Below, one piece after another: positions 12,205-24,780 of a stretch of 64,000 nucleotides of DNA; position 1 is the stretch's first letter; every line of letters begins with the position of its first letter. The position numbers and the translations under genes are program-made. The notes beneath the pieces were generated by a model, which had not been told where the DNA came from, searched no databases, and saw nothing but the letters and a program-made list of their open reading frames with translations. The stretch is from Octopus sinensis (taxonomy: Eukaryota): positions 19,344,001 through 19,408,000 of the forward strand of contig NC_042998.1 of NCBI RefSeq assembly GCF_006345805.1. Reading direction: 5' to 3'.

Positions 12205-12433
12205 TATATGTATCAAATGAAATAAATGAAAAACAGGACACAAAGGATGTTGCGGTACATATGTTTCGGGCTTTATAGAACAACTTATTCTTACATCAAT
12301 GCATAATCGACATGACTATCTGTTATGTCGATTATGCATTGATGTAAGAATAAGTTGTTCTATAAAGCCCGAAACATATGTACCGCAACATCCTTTGTGT
12401 ACTGTTTTTCATTTATTTTATTTGATACATATA
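12205..12433. repeat. Near-perfect inverted repeat (about 109-bp arms, 11-nt spacer) resembling head-to-head Penelope-like element ends
   Basis: Arms 12205-12313 and 12325-12433 are reverse complements with about 2-3 mismatches; the right arm carries CCCGAAACATATGTA. Confidence 0.95.
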
Positions 12434-12614
12434 TATATATAAACGGGCGTTTGTGTGTGTGTATGTGTGTGCATGTATGCATACACACACATACACACAC
12501 GCACACACACACACACACACCCACACATATATATATGTATATATATATATGTATTATGTATATAGGTATGTGTGGGTGTGTGACTTGCTCATACGCGTAT
12601 GTAGCCATTATAGC

Positions 12615-12940
12615 GAAAGCGCACTGCTCAGTGGATAGAGCATCGAGTTCAGCGCCATGAGTCACTGAATTCGATTGTCGGATCGGGGTGTGTGTTGTGT
12701 TTTTGAGCACGATGCTTTATTTCACGTTTCTCTAGTACGGTTCACCCAGCTGTAGAAATGACTTACTACGTTACTGTTTCACAGCTGTATCCGCCTTGTC
12801 CTTTCCCATAGAAAACACCAGTGTTGGAGAGGGATGCCGGCATTCCTGGGCCACAACCAACATTGCTCGGACATGTGCTTTGGAGGGTAACCTTTTAGGT
12901 ACAACCCCACGGTGATTTAAGACGGAAGGGCGTCTTTACA
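12615..12940 (+). mobile_element. Degenerate tRNA-derived SINE with a distinct long tail (ends GAGGGTAAC..TTAGGT.CAA.CCCA.GG...GAAGGG..TCTTTAC)
   Basis: Shares head/core with 13202 and tail with 17925-18212. Confidence 0.7.
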
Positions 12941-13027
12941 CTTTACTATATCCAATATATAAACACAGATCTACATTCATGCATACTTACATATACACGC
13001 ATATATATAAACAGAATGTTAACTGGC

Positions 13028-13098
13028 TAGACAGACAGACAGACAAATAGAGACGTAGATCGATCGATCGATCGATCGATCGATAGATATATATATAT

Positions 13099-13165
<67 letters not shown>
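13028..13165. repeat. Compound microsatellite (GACA)n-(GATC)n-(TA)n-(GATA)n
   Basis: Directly visible. Confidence 0.97.
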
Positions 13166-13166
<1 letters not shown>

Positions 13167-13201
13167 AATGTGTTTGAATATGTTTGTGTATATTGTCAAA
13201 T

Positions 13202-13455
13202 ATGGAAGCTCGTGGCTTATTGGTTAGTGTGTCAGTATGATCGTAAGATTGTGGTTTCGATTCCTGGACCGAGCGACGCGTTGTGTTCTTGAGCAAAACA
13301 CTTCATTTCACGTTGGTCCAGTCCCCTCAGCTGGCAGAAATGAGTACCGCTGCGATGGACTGGAGAACCGTCCCGCTGGGCAACACATACGCCATTGAAA
13401 CCGGGAAAAAGGGCCCATGAGCCTGGCTAGGCTTTAAACGGGTGCATTTATTTTT
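13202..13455 (+). mobile_element. SINE family C' (short head/core, same tail as family C)
   Basis: GTTTCGATTCC B box; core TTCTTGAGCAAAACACTTCATTTCACGTTG; tail GCGATGGACTGG...CATGAGCCTGGCTAGGC. Confidence 0.88.
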
Positions 13456-13924
13456 ATTATTATACTATCAAATATATAATTTAATATTTTTGTCTATAAT
13501 TATACAAATGTTCATTTGAACGCTTTGTTCCCTATTCTTACACAGAGGTGTCCACATGCTTTACTGTAGCATTATACATTACTATTGAAGCTGCTGGGCC
13601 GTATTTTCACCAAAGTATTTACATTTAATCTGTACATGTGAACGCACACTTTAAATGTCACTAGCGTTTTTCCTCAGCATTTCGAAACGTAATGTAGAAA
13701 TGCATTGCATTCCTACTTTTAAATAATATATTGCATTCATACATGGCTTTGCAACTACTTCTGGTATTCAATATTTCTGTATCAGTCGTTACTTAATATT
13801 CCTCTGTTGCCATTTGTATGTATGCATGCAGTTTCATAAATCGATATTCCTAAATAGGTTTTACTGTGGAGTTAGTAATACGCAATAAATATTCAATCCT
13901 GCATAAATACAACGATTTTTTCTG

Positions 13925-13938
13925 TGTGTGTGCATATA

Positions 13939-13987
<49 letters not shown>

Positions 13988-14026
13988 GAGGGAGAGATAG
14001 ATAGATAGATATAGATATATACATAC

Positions 14027-14065
<39 letters not shown>

Positions 14066-14107
14066 TACATACATACATACATACATACAACATACATACA
14101 TATATAT

Positions 14108-14158
<51 letters not shown>

Positions 14159-14194
14159 TAACATATATATATATATATATATATATATACTGAC

Positions 14195-14225
<31 letters not shown>

Positions 14226-14255
14226 TGTATGTATGTATGTATGTGTGTATGTATA
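13925..14255. repeat. Long compound microsatellite (TA)n/(GA)n/(TACA)n/(TATG)n
   Basis: Directly visible; source of ORFs 13850..14284 and 13893..14288. Confidence 0.97.
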
Positions 14256-15382
14256 ATCGTGATTTTGTCGTTCCATTCGCTCATTCATTCGGTCTCAGAA
14301 CTATTTGCGACTTGGATCTCTTTAAGAAGCAAAGCATCGACTCTTGCCTGTGAAATGATATGAAAAAGTAGATAACAGAACCTCATAATCATGCAGTTGT
14401 TAAGCATTATAACAAGCACTCGTGGCTATTAACGATGCAGTTAAGCTTCTGAATACGGGAATACTCCCCATTGTAAACATACGATGGTGAGAGCGGGTGA
14501 TTGTATCCGTGGTAGCTAGATATGCCAAGAAAATCGTATTTAAATAATGCCAAATCACCCGAAAACGGTACATATCGGATGTTATCCTATTTGTAACGTC
14601 TGTAAAATCTGCATAAGTGATATGCAGAAAAACATACATTTATAGGCAAGCTTCATCGGTTAGCTGAAATGTATACTTCAAAGCACCAACAGCAGCCAAT
14701 ATCATTTCTGTTTTATAACACAGTACTTTCAAATACATCGATAATGCCCTTGGTAAAATAATATCATCCCGATTATATGTTTCTCCTTAAAGGTAATGGT
14801 TTTCTTCTCTCATGGAAAATGAATTCGTATATCATACCTCATTCTTCTTATTGAAATACACCTCAGGGCATGGGATCGATCGATAGATGAGTCCACACAT
14901 CACCTTTCTGTTTGTACCGAAATATATTAGTAATTACGGATTACAATTTGATAATAGGCAGCACACCAAGGGAATATTTAAATAGATGATTTCAATATTT
15001 AATATCGGCTATGTTTAAATTTCTCCTTGCAGGCTTTCGACGTTTTTGATTATTGATATTTGAAATACGTTCACTTGCATTTCACGCTCTTAAATAAGAA
15101 ATAACACAAGAGGGTCTTCAGGAAGGAATATCAATTCCTTTTAAATGGTTGATTAAATTTTTTATTGTATCCAATAGCTCATCAATAATTCCAAAACTAT
15201 TTCTATTAATTCACCGAATTGAACAGGTAAATTTAAAAAAACAAAAAACAAATTTAACGTTATTCGTCGATTTCCAATAAGTAAAGTTGTAATTACCGGC
15301 ATAAATGTTTTATGCAGTAAAAGCTTGTTCTCCTGTTCATGAATAATAATAAAAACAACAACAACAACAACAATAATATTAC

Positions 15383-16575
15383 TTTCTTTATTGGTCTTAA
15401 CGACGGAACACAAAATATAATGGACAATGTACAGACGAGGGACAGTGAGGGACACAACAATTAAATAAGAAAATTACCCAACAGTATATAATTCCTCAAT
15501 AGGGGGAGATCGATCGAGAGGTGACCAAAGCAACCTCACTCACTCTGAACCCCTAACACCAAGGCATCTCCGGTAAGCTCCTCTCTCGTCCTCCCTCCAA
15601 CCGGCCTACGGGTGCACACTCCACACGGGCCATCCTTGCTACATTCACCCACCTTTCGACAAACTTACTGGGTAACATCACCTACCTCTTCAGTCTCACC
15701 TGCCTTTTCAGGTGGAACCTAAAAAAGTGAATGAGGCCTTGGCCAAAGAGGAAGGTGCCCATCTTTAACCCTTTCAATCATGCCAACCATACAACCTCTT
15801 TCGTCCACCAGGCACCAGGCAGAGAAAAATAATTATCATTCCTTCACGGCCAAACGAAGGAGGTGGGGCAATGTTCACGATGGACTCAGATGATAGCTGG
15901 ATCTGTCCTACACGTGAAAATAACTATTCGACGAAGCTTCAAAACTTAGCAATGAGCGGACACTCTACCAGTGCATGCAGAACGGTTTCCTCGCTCCGCA
16001 TGCACCTCGGACAAGAGCGTCTGACTACAGATCCACGCATATAAAGCTTATCACGAACCGAAAGTGCCCCCCCCCCTGTAGCACTGCCAGGCCAGAGATA
16101 TCTGGAAATTATCCGTAGGTCCCGGTCCGAAAGCCCCCCGGAAGACAACGCCCCTCTCAGTGCTCAGAGTTTCTCTGAGATCGTCGTCACTCTATCCCTC
16201 CGCTAATCCCCAATAGAAATCCAGGGTTGAACTTCCACCGACCACATTGTTCGACTGGCGAAGGGCTGTGAGCACTTGGAGACAATCTAGGTGCCAAACT
16301 CCCTGCCTCGGTCTAAGCCTCATCCTGGACTTTAGTTCCGTCAAGGAAACGAGCTGGGGAAAAGCGTGTCTAATGCAAGGCGACCACACCCGCACACCGC
16401 TAAATTATCGCCGGAGATGTCACAGCCTCAGAGCATGTCTGTGCATCATCACCCCAGACCTCCACGGAATTTCCAACCCTAACCCAACCCAGTTTGTATT
16501 TTGGGATTTGGGGATTTCTAGGAGACTTTTAGCATCTTCCAGCACCACAGCTTTCACTACCCACAGGAACTCAGT
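15383..16575 (-). mobile_element. Tx1/L1-clade non-LTR retrotransposon, 3' fragment
   Basis: zf-RVT-like segment GALSVRDKLYMRGS...CPRCMRSEETVLHALVECP (15939-16148); C-terminal FVERWVNVARMA; 3' AATAAAGAAAG signal. Confidence 0.85.
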
Positions 16576-16677
16576 TTCTGGTGCTATTTTATTTCGATAA
16601 ATTAAGTACCATTTGAGTACTGGGGGTTATGTAATCGACAATACGCTCTCCCAAATTTCAGGCCTTGTGCCTATAAT

Positions 16678-17004
16678 TTTTTTATTTATTTATGCTCCCT
16701 TTTCAAGCCCAGCCAGGCTCATGGGCCCGGTTTCCCGGTTTCTGTAGCGCATGCGTGCCCCCCCCCCCTCCAGATGGATGGGACGCCTGTCCATCGCAAC
16801 GTTACTCAAGAAACAAGAAGAAAGAGTGAGAGAAAGTTGGGGCGAAAGAGTAAAACAGGGGTCGCCACCATCTCTTGCCGGAGTCTCGTGGAGCTTTAGG
16901 TGTTTTCGCTCAATAAATACACACAACGCTCAGTCTGGGAATCGAAATCGCGATCCTCTGACCGCGAGTCTGCTGCCCTGACTACTGGGCCATTGGGTCT
17001 CCAC
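16678..17004 (-). mobile_element. SINE family C with 12-bp target-site duplication, inserted into a family B tail
   Basis: TGTGCCTATAAT at 16666-16677 and 17005-17016 flanks the copy. Confidence 0.93.
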
Positions 17005-17924
17005 TGTGCCTATAATAGAAAGGATTATTGTTGTTGTTTTTCTTGTTCTCGTTCTTGTTGTTGACGCTGTCATCGTTACCGTCGTCTTTGTCCTTCTAGC
17101 AACTTTCTTTCACTATTCTTAGTATTGTTATTGTGGCCGTTGTTTTTGTTAGTTGTAATGTGGATTGTCGTGAAATTCATTAGCATGGACGTTATATTGA
17201 TGTTTGCTGACAACAATCCTTGCAGAATGCAGGATGAGACATTTTCTGAAGTGCCTGAAGGTCGACAATACGCATCTCAAATCTAATACCCTTCGGTCTC
17301 TTAGGAATCAGTTTCGGTGTTGTCACCTTTATGTTTGATAATCTCTTCAACTCTCTAGGCAGAACCGGATATTTCTTAATGTTCTCGATTTCTTTGATAC
17401 CCATTTTACAAACAAATATTTTGGCAAAATCTATGGTGTTACACACTTTTGTTTTTCTTTTGGTCTCTGCAGTCATGTTCGGTCTCGTACTATTAAAAGC
17501 ATGCTCAGTTTCAATGGAAAAATCTCACAAAATCTTGTAATTGTCATTCGTCATCACACCTTCCGCATGCGCTCGTACCAATTTTACATCACTTCGCAAA
17601 TTTTGAGAGTAGTCGAAAATGAAAAATTAGATTTTTATTATTATTAACTTGGCAAATGATGACACTTTGAAGATTTTTCAATTTTCAATATTGTATTTTA
17701 AAATGAATAATGATTATTGCGATTATTATTAATCATGGTTAACAAAAAGTTGAAATACATTTTTTTATAACGAAAAACAACGTTCGATCGCTTTATATTT
17801 CTCTTCCTCTGAGATTTTGAAGCGTGTTTAATTAAAATGAGGTTATAAAATATTCAGAGGTGAGCTTTGATTTATCGTCAAAAGAATGAAATCCATCATT
17901 TTTTTGCATCACTCTATCACTTGA

Positions 17925-18212
17925 CTCATGAGGTAGTGAATTCGATTACCGGACCGGGTTGTGTGTTTGTTCTTGAGAAGATACTTTATTTCACGTTGCT
18001 CCAGTCCACTAAGCTGTAGTTGCAATGTCACTGGTGCCAAGGTGTATTAGTCTTTGCCTCTCCCTGGGATAACATCGGTGGCATGCAGTGGGGAAGTTCG
18101 TATGCATGAGTGACTGCTGGTCTTCCATATATAACCTTGCTAGGTCTTATACCTCGAAGGCGAATTTTCTAGGTGCAATACTATGGTCATTCATGACCGA
18201 AGGGGATCTTTC
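17925..18212 (+). mobile_element. Degenerate SINE, same long-tail type as 12615-12940
   Basis: Core TTCTTGAGAAGATACTTTATTTCACGTTGCTCCAGT; tail TTTCTAGGTGCAAT.CTATGGTCATTCATGACCGAAGGGG. Confidence 0.72.
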
Positions 18213-18314
18213 AGAACTTGAAATAGCAGGTACATCTTTTAAAGATTTATAATTTATGGTGCTTTCAGCCAGTTGAAAACCAACAAAACCTTTTTCTCCA
18301 CTATATATATATTA

Positions 18315-18630
18315 GTGGAGGCGCAATGGCCCTGTGTTTAGGGCAGCGAACTCTCGGTCGGAGGATCGTGGTTTCGATTCCCAGACCGGGCGTTGTGTGT
18401 GTTTATTGAGCAAAACACCTACAGCTCCACGAGGTTCCGGCAGGGGGGGGGTGGCGACCCTGTTTTACTCTTACGCCTCAACTTTCTCTCACTCTTTCTT
18501 CCTGTTTCTTAGGTAACGCTGCGATGGACTGGCGTCCCGTCTAGCCGGGAGGGGGGACACATACGCCGCAGAAACCGGGAACCGTGCCCATGAGCCTGGC
18601 TAGTCTTGAAAAGGGCGCATAAATAAAAAA
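18315..18630 (+). mobile_element. SINE family C, full length
   Basis: A box TGGCCCTGTG-like, B box GTTTCGATTCC, A-rich end. Confidence 0.93.
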
Positions 18631-19169
18631 TATATATTTTATATATCTCTTGTCCCATATATGAATTCATATCTACTAAGACTTCGCCACTTTACTCTCA
18701 GAAATAAGACCATTGATATTTTCAAATATCAAAGAACTTTATACAACGATTTTGTACCTTCGTTTCTCTTTCAAAAGTTATAGAGGGGAAAAAAACATAG
18801 CTTTGACACATCTGGATCATACACATTTTAAAATGTAATGATTTCATGTGTAAGACATGTGAATGCAGCCATTCAAAATTTAAAACCGCTAGAATGTATA
18901 GGCATCAGCATTTAAACAACATACGTACGAAGCACAAGCACTTTTAGAAACTTTAAAAGTTGCACTTTGAATAGTATGTCACTCACTTACAAACAACAAT
19001 GAAGCGAAAAGGAAGCAGCAATTTCATGCGCATATTAACAGCAAATTTCCATGAAATTATACTTGTTGTTGATTAGTATATATCAAACCGTCTGAAATAG
19101 AGAACAAGAGAAAGAAAATAGAAGGCAAATATCTAAATCGTTACCATATTACTAACACCACAATTATTG

Positions 19170-19357
19170 GTTTCAAATTTTGGTACAGTACCAAAAACTT
19201 TTTTGGTGGGCGTAAGTCTTTAGATCAGCCCCAGTACTCAGAGAGGATGAAAGGTAAATTTGATCCTGGTAGCATGTAAACTCAAAACGTAAAGACAGAC
19301 GAAATGTCTCTAAGAATTTTACCGGACGTCCTAACGATCCGACCAGCTCGCCACCTT
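19170..19357 (-). mobile_element. SINE family B, degenerate
   Basis: GGATGAAAGGTAAA...CAGACGAAATG...CCAGCTCGCCACC. Confidence 0.75.
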
Positions 19358-20384
19358 ATTAATAAAACAAATATCAAACGCGTATCATTCAGATGCTTCA
19401 TACCAGGAAAAACTGATCCCAATCAATAATTTGCATAGATCTCACTCCCAAATGTTTCTTAGTCATTAAACCTATAAGAAGACACAAAATAAACAATTTT
19501 GACAGTCAGTCTTAAGAAAACAACCAAGAGTACCCAAACACTTTGGTGTAGTAATGACTCTTTAATTCTTCAAAAGAGGCAGTACTTCACCGCCAGTACC
19601 ACAACAGATCATTGTATATTTGGCTATAACTGAGTCTTACGAATTCCGCAGGCAATAGAAAAAACACAACTACGTAGCATAGACTATTCCTATCGAATCG
19701 GTGACTGCAAAAAATAACAAGGATTATACTGCAGAAAATAACGACCAAGTCATCAAGAGGTGGTTCCCTTTATGTTTATCCCTTTGTGGGCAATAAAGAA
19801 ATAAGATATCAAGGTGTGAAAGCATCTCTGATAGATATCGATGCTGCGCTTGATATTTGCACGTTCAACTAAAATCTCTCAAGGCTCATTCCTTGAATAC
19901 AATGGTTAACCTATAACTTCCATTTCAATGTGTATTTTGAAGTAGTTATAAAACAAATGTTGTATTTAGGAATGGTCATTTTGCCAGTTTAGCCAATAGA
20001 TCTATAAACGTACGAAACAAATGTTTTCAATTACGTTGTTACTTTTGTAGTTATCTGAGCACTTTTCTGTGGATGTTCTAGAATTATTTGATTTTTTAAT
20101 CGGCTGAAAGAAATATATTTTTTTAACTCATTCAACTTCATTATTATGAATGCAATTTAGATTATAAAAATTATGTATATCCTGATGTATGTTTGTACAT
20201 ACTTACCAGCATACGACCACATATACATGTTTCTGTTTGGATGCATATCGAAATGTGCGCGTATGTGTGTTTCTATAGTTATATGTATAAGTATGTATGG
20301 ATATATTATATATATATATTATATAATATATAATATATATATATATATATATAAGCGAGAAAGAAGCAACAAGAATGGATAGGT

Positions 20385-20474
20385 TTTTAGTACAATCGTT
20401 TATTACAAGGACAGGCTTTATTAAAAGTTGTAAAAATTACAGCATATAAACGTGTCCCGTATCATCAGCTAAAA
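20385..20474 (-). ncRNA. Hammerhead motif, left-arm copy, probably inactivated
   Basis: TTTTAG-CTGATGA-TACGGGACAC...TGTCCTTGTAAT-AAAC-GATT-GTA-CTAAAA; the G of GAAA is lost. Confidence 0.5.
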
Positions 20475-21140
20475 TACATGTGAGTTCTCTAGACATCCTA
20501 GTGTTGAGGCTATACTCATGAAGTAATGTAGTAGATAATAAGTAACATAAAAAGATTTCCAAAGTTCATTAAAGTTCTTTAAAGAAGATGTACAGTCTTA
20601 TCACAGAATTTTAAAAAAGTTCTAATAGCATCACAGAGAAGGTGACCTAATCCATAGAGCACATATCAATTTCCAGAGATATGATGAGGGATTAAATACT
20701 CACAGAAGACAAATTTATCCATTGTTAATCACAACGAGGTGGGTCTCAATTCCTGCTTATTAGCATTACAGAGAGGGTGAATTAATCCTTTGTATAGATA
20801 CACAATTTCCAATGGTGTAGATGTAAGTTTCCAGAGAAACTCTCTGTAATGCTAATAAGCAGGAATTGAGACCCACCTCGTTGTGATTAACAATGGATAA
20901 ATTTGTCTTCTGTGAGTATGTAATCCCTCATCATATCTCTGGAAATTGATATGTGCTCTATGGATTAGGTCACCTTCTCTGTGTGATGCTATTAGAACTT
21001 TTTAAAATTCTGTGATAAGACTGTACATCATCTTTAAAGAACTTTAATGAACTTTGGAAATCTGTTTATGTTACTTAATTATCTACATTACTTCATGAGT
21101 ATAGCCTCAACCACTAGGATGTCTAGAGAACTCACATGTA

Positions 21141-21229
21141 TTTTAGCTGATGAGTACGGGACACGTTTATATGCTATATTTTACAACTTTTAATAAAGCC
21201 TGTCCTTGTATGAAACGATTGTACTAAAA
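21141..21229 (+). ncRNA. Type I hammerhead ribozyme motif with long helix II insertion
   Basis: Helix I TTTTAG/CTAAAA; core CTGATGA (21147-21153) and GAAA (21212-21215); helix II GTACGGGACA/TGTCCTTGTAT; helix III ACGATTGT; GUA cleavage triplet. Confidence 0.75.
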
Positions 21230-21366
21230 CCTATCCATTCTTGTTGCTTCTTTCTCGTATAATCACCCCACATTACTGTATTGTTTAAACAGTATAGTTT
21301 TTTTTTGGTGCATCTAAGTTAGGTACCTTATTCAAGTAAATCATTTAATTAACTGAATTTTATTGC

Positions 21367-21369
<3 letters not shown>

Positions 21370-21416
<47 letters not shown>

Positions 21417-21446
21417 AAAGTATATATATATATATATATGTATAAG

Positions 21447-21487
<41 letters not shown>

Positions 21488-21748
21488 TATGTATATATAT
21501 ATACATTATATATTTATTATTTGTGTGTTTGTGTTTGTGTGTGTGCGCATGTGAGCGTGGCAGTTGTGCATACTTGTCAGTATGATTAAATGGGTTTTAA
21601 ATATTTTCCCTTCAGCTTAACGATTCTTTACCACACATAATTTCGAATTACGAGCATGTTCATTAATGTAACTTTGTTACTCACTTAGCGATGCATCTAG
21701 CGTTATCTAATCCGAAACACATTCATTCCTGACTACATACATGTCTAC

Positions 21749-21800
<52 letters not shown>

Positions 21801-22007
21801 GAGAGAAGCAGAGACAGAGAGAGAGATATAGAGAGAGATATGTAGAGGTAGAGAGAGAGAGAGAGAAGAAAAGGAAGAGATTCATAGTTATTCATTTGAG
21901 TATTAACATTGAGATCCTCATTGTGCGACGTTTCTTTCTTTTCTCTCCATTCCTCCCCATCTCTCGCTCTACAAGTATATGCGTATGCATGTATGTATAT
22001 ATTTATA

Positions 22008-22046
<39 letters not shown>

Positions 22047-22140
22047 GCATGCGTGTGTTTCTGTATATATGTGTATGTATGTATGTATGTATGTATGTAT
22101 GTATGTATGTAGTATGTTATGTATGTATGTGTATATATGT
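21370..22140. repeat. Microsatellite cluster (TA)n, (GA)n, (TATG)n
   Basis: Directly visible runs at about 21370-21500, 21745-21870 and 21985-22140. Confidence 0.95.
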
Positions 22141-22746
22141 GTGATGACAATGCCAAATACAGAGGACAGTTGATTCAAAATGATATATCTACTTGAAGTA
22201 ATTAGCATGTTATGTCAAATCCTTTCTGCCATGCTTAATACACATAATTGACATTATAGCGTCTCCTAAAAGAACACAACTCTATCTCAATTAATCTTTC
22301 TTCGTTAATGAGATACAATATGAGCTGCCTACACCAATGTAAACCTGACTTTATCAAACTGTAATTACTATGCTGCACGTAATCTAGCCTACCTCTGTTG
22401 TTATTATTTTCATGCACGCAAATATGCAGTACTTAACTTAGATTTAAACAAATCTCTCCCGAAAAGCCTATTTCGAATTTTATGTAATTTATTATATGTG
22501 AGAACGGTTAGAACTTTATTCAACATTTCCATGTTTTGCTGCATGTAACAATAAATAAATACCACTTTTGAGATCTAGTTCAAGCTAATAGACAGAATTG
22601 TTACAGCTATTATTCTTACTACGGCTATGCACACGCAAACACCGTAAACTGAACTGAAAAGAAACCATTGGAGAGTTCGATTTATTCAGAGTTATACAAT
22701 AGTCACAAGATCAGAGACTTAGTTTGTTTTCTGTATATTTTAATAT

Positions 22747-23000
22747 GTGGAGGCGCGTTCTTGGTGGTTAGGGCGTCCGCATCATGATCGTAAGATTGTA
22801 GTTTCGATTCCTGGAACGAGCGACGCATTGTGTACTTGGGTAAAACACTTCATTTCACGTTGCTCCAGTCCACTCAGCTGGCAAAAATGTGTAACGCTGC
22901 GATGCACTGGCGTCCCGTCCAGCTGGGGAAAACATACGCCATAGAAACCAGGAAACTTGACCCCTGAGCCTGGCTAGGCTTGAAAAGGGCGCATTTATTT
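22747..23000 (+). mobile_element. SINE family C'
   Basis: Matches 13202-13455. Confidence 0.9.
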
Positions 23001-24780
23001 ATATATATTTTTAAAAATATAATATTTGTTTAGTTTGAACTTGTAGTACCCGTTTTCTTTTAACACACTCGTCCAACATTCGTTACTTCAAATCCATGTC
23101 TCTCACCATTAAATATTTACTATAATTAGTTAACCTTCGATTTTTATCTCATTTCAAAAATTCCTTGTTCAGATTATATAGCAATCTTTAGACCGAGCTA
23201 TTTTAAATAGTGTCTTTAGCAGCAAGAGTTGACTGGGCTTGAGTCCCATCAGTTAGGAAAACTAACTCTCAAACTGAGAGTACGTGGGCATATTTAAAGC
23301 GTGGAAATAAAACTTCAAATAGGCGTTAGACCCACAAGTGTAGCACCTTGGCTTTATGTGTGCCCCATCAGTTATGAAAATAAACAATTATAGAACACTT
23401 GGTGATTACACTCCTTGCCGCCTGTGCAGCGTCTTTGGTTACTATGGAAACAGAGTTCTGCGCAATTAGCTATGGTGCTTCTTTGCTTTGGTTACTATGA
23501 AAATTGAGTTCTTCGCCACGGTATCTCGTACTGCACAAAGCAATAACAACGTAGAAGACAACAATAATTTAGAGGGAAGGCAAACTATTTTCAAGAGGAC
23601 TAATGAATACTATCAACCGCGAAGGGCTGATAAGTATAATTGCTCTTACTGGAATGTGAAGTAAGAATAACGATCCGGGGCAGACGCCGCGGTATTGTTT
23701 CATGTTCTATCGATGCTCCTAATCCAACAACTTTTGCAATTGATTTAAACATATTCACAAGTCTTGGAAATTGGAGAGTGAGAAGGCTACAGCATTATAC
23801 TGAATACTGTACTTGGCAAGAACATTACGTTATCAACCTCGAAAGACAAAATAAAAACTAATTTTGATATGTTTGATATTAGAATGTGTAAAACCATAAC
23901 TAAATGACTCAAGCAATTTTATCCAATGTGCAAGTGATTTAGCCACTCCTCTCTACGTATTATTTATACGATACACAATAAATATGCAAGGGTCAATATA
24001 GTCAATAAATTTATAGGCGTAATTTTAATTATACTTTCAGTAAAATACAGTGGCGTAGTATAATGACAAGGGTACAATAAATGAATCAGATTCATTAATA
24101 GAGTGTACCGAAATATTCGCATTTAGAACTAGCATTTTCTCATTGTGTTGTAATACATTCATACATGTACAACGTTATACAGTTATAATCGGTTATATTA
24201 AGAAGAACGATGGTAATAAAAGGCAAAAGACGGAGTACATTCATATTCTATGACGCAAAATTTCACAAATATTCGTCAGAAATTAAAAATCCTTAGAAAT
24301 CCATTATCACTTCCATTCATGTGCAACTCTTCATACATTTCAACTGTTATCTGTATGGAAGTGGTTATTGAAAATGAGGTGAAAATGCCAATATTTGAAA
24401 TCGGTTCCCCGATTATTGATTTTCGAATCATAAATCTTGGTCTATGGATAGATATTCCAAGAAGGGCTTCATGCATGAATCGACCAGATCTCATTTAACT
24501 TTTATCTTAAGTGAACATGAAAATCAATATTTTGCTCTCAATGTTGGAAACCGTACAATTCTACTAATTAGAATAATCTTTATGAACCCATAATTCTAAA
24601 TTTTTTACGCATAAAATGTAAAAATCAATTAAATCTGCAAAGAAAGATGTGACATTTTGTTCTTTTATGAATAAAACAAATAATCGCAGCATTATGCCAT
24701 ATGGAATACGTGACATTCGGTTGTCATATCCAAGGCTTCACTGGTGAGGAAAATCATTGAGAAACCTATTATCCGCACAG

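Larger units (their letters stand above)
20356..21257. repeat. Long inverted repeat (about 420-bp arms, 64-bp spacer); putative head-to-head Penelope-like element termini
   Basis: Arms 20356-20775 and 20840-21257 are reverse complements with scattered substitutions and indels; each arm carries a hammerhead motif pointing outward. Confidence 0.95.

Noticed and set aside
13850-14288. Long ORFs rich in I/Y/H/T/L/S (also 1619..1888, 21707..22156, 60978..61310 and similar)
   Set aside because: They are translations of (TA)n, (TATC)n and (TACA)n microsatellites, not genes.
14400-14639. ORF with NTIFLAYLATTD resembling a class A GPCR TM2 motif
   Set aside because: Only one short motif; no correctly spaced TM1 or TM3 and no supporting exon structure.
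15060-15125. Minus-strand CTGAAGA...GAAA hammerhead-like spacing
   Set aside because: No UH cleavage triplet and no helix I pairing.
17192-17476. 94-aa minus-strand ORF of ordinary composition
   Set aside because: No recognisable domain or splice context; the adjacent sequence weakly resembles a mariner remnant.
18315-18400. tRNA-like sequences as real tRNA genes (all SINE heads)
   Set aside because: They lack a complete acceptor stem and run into SINE bodies present in many copies.
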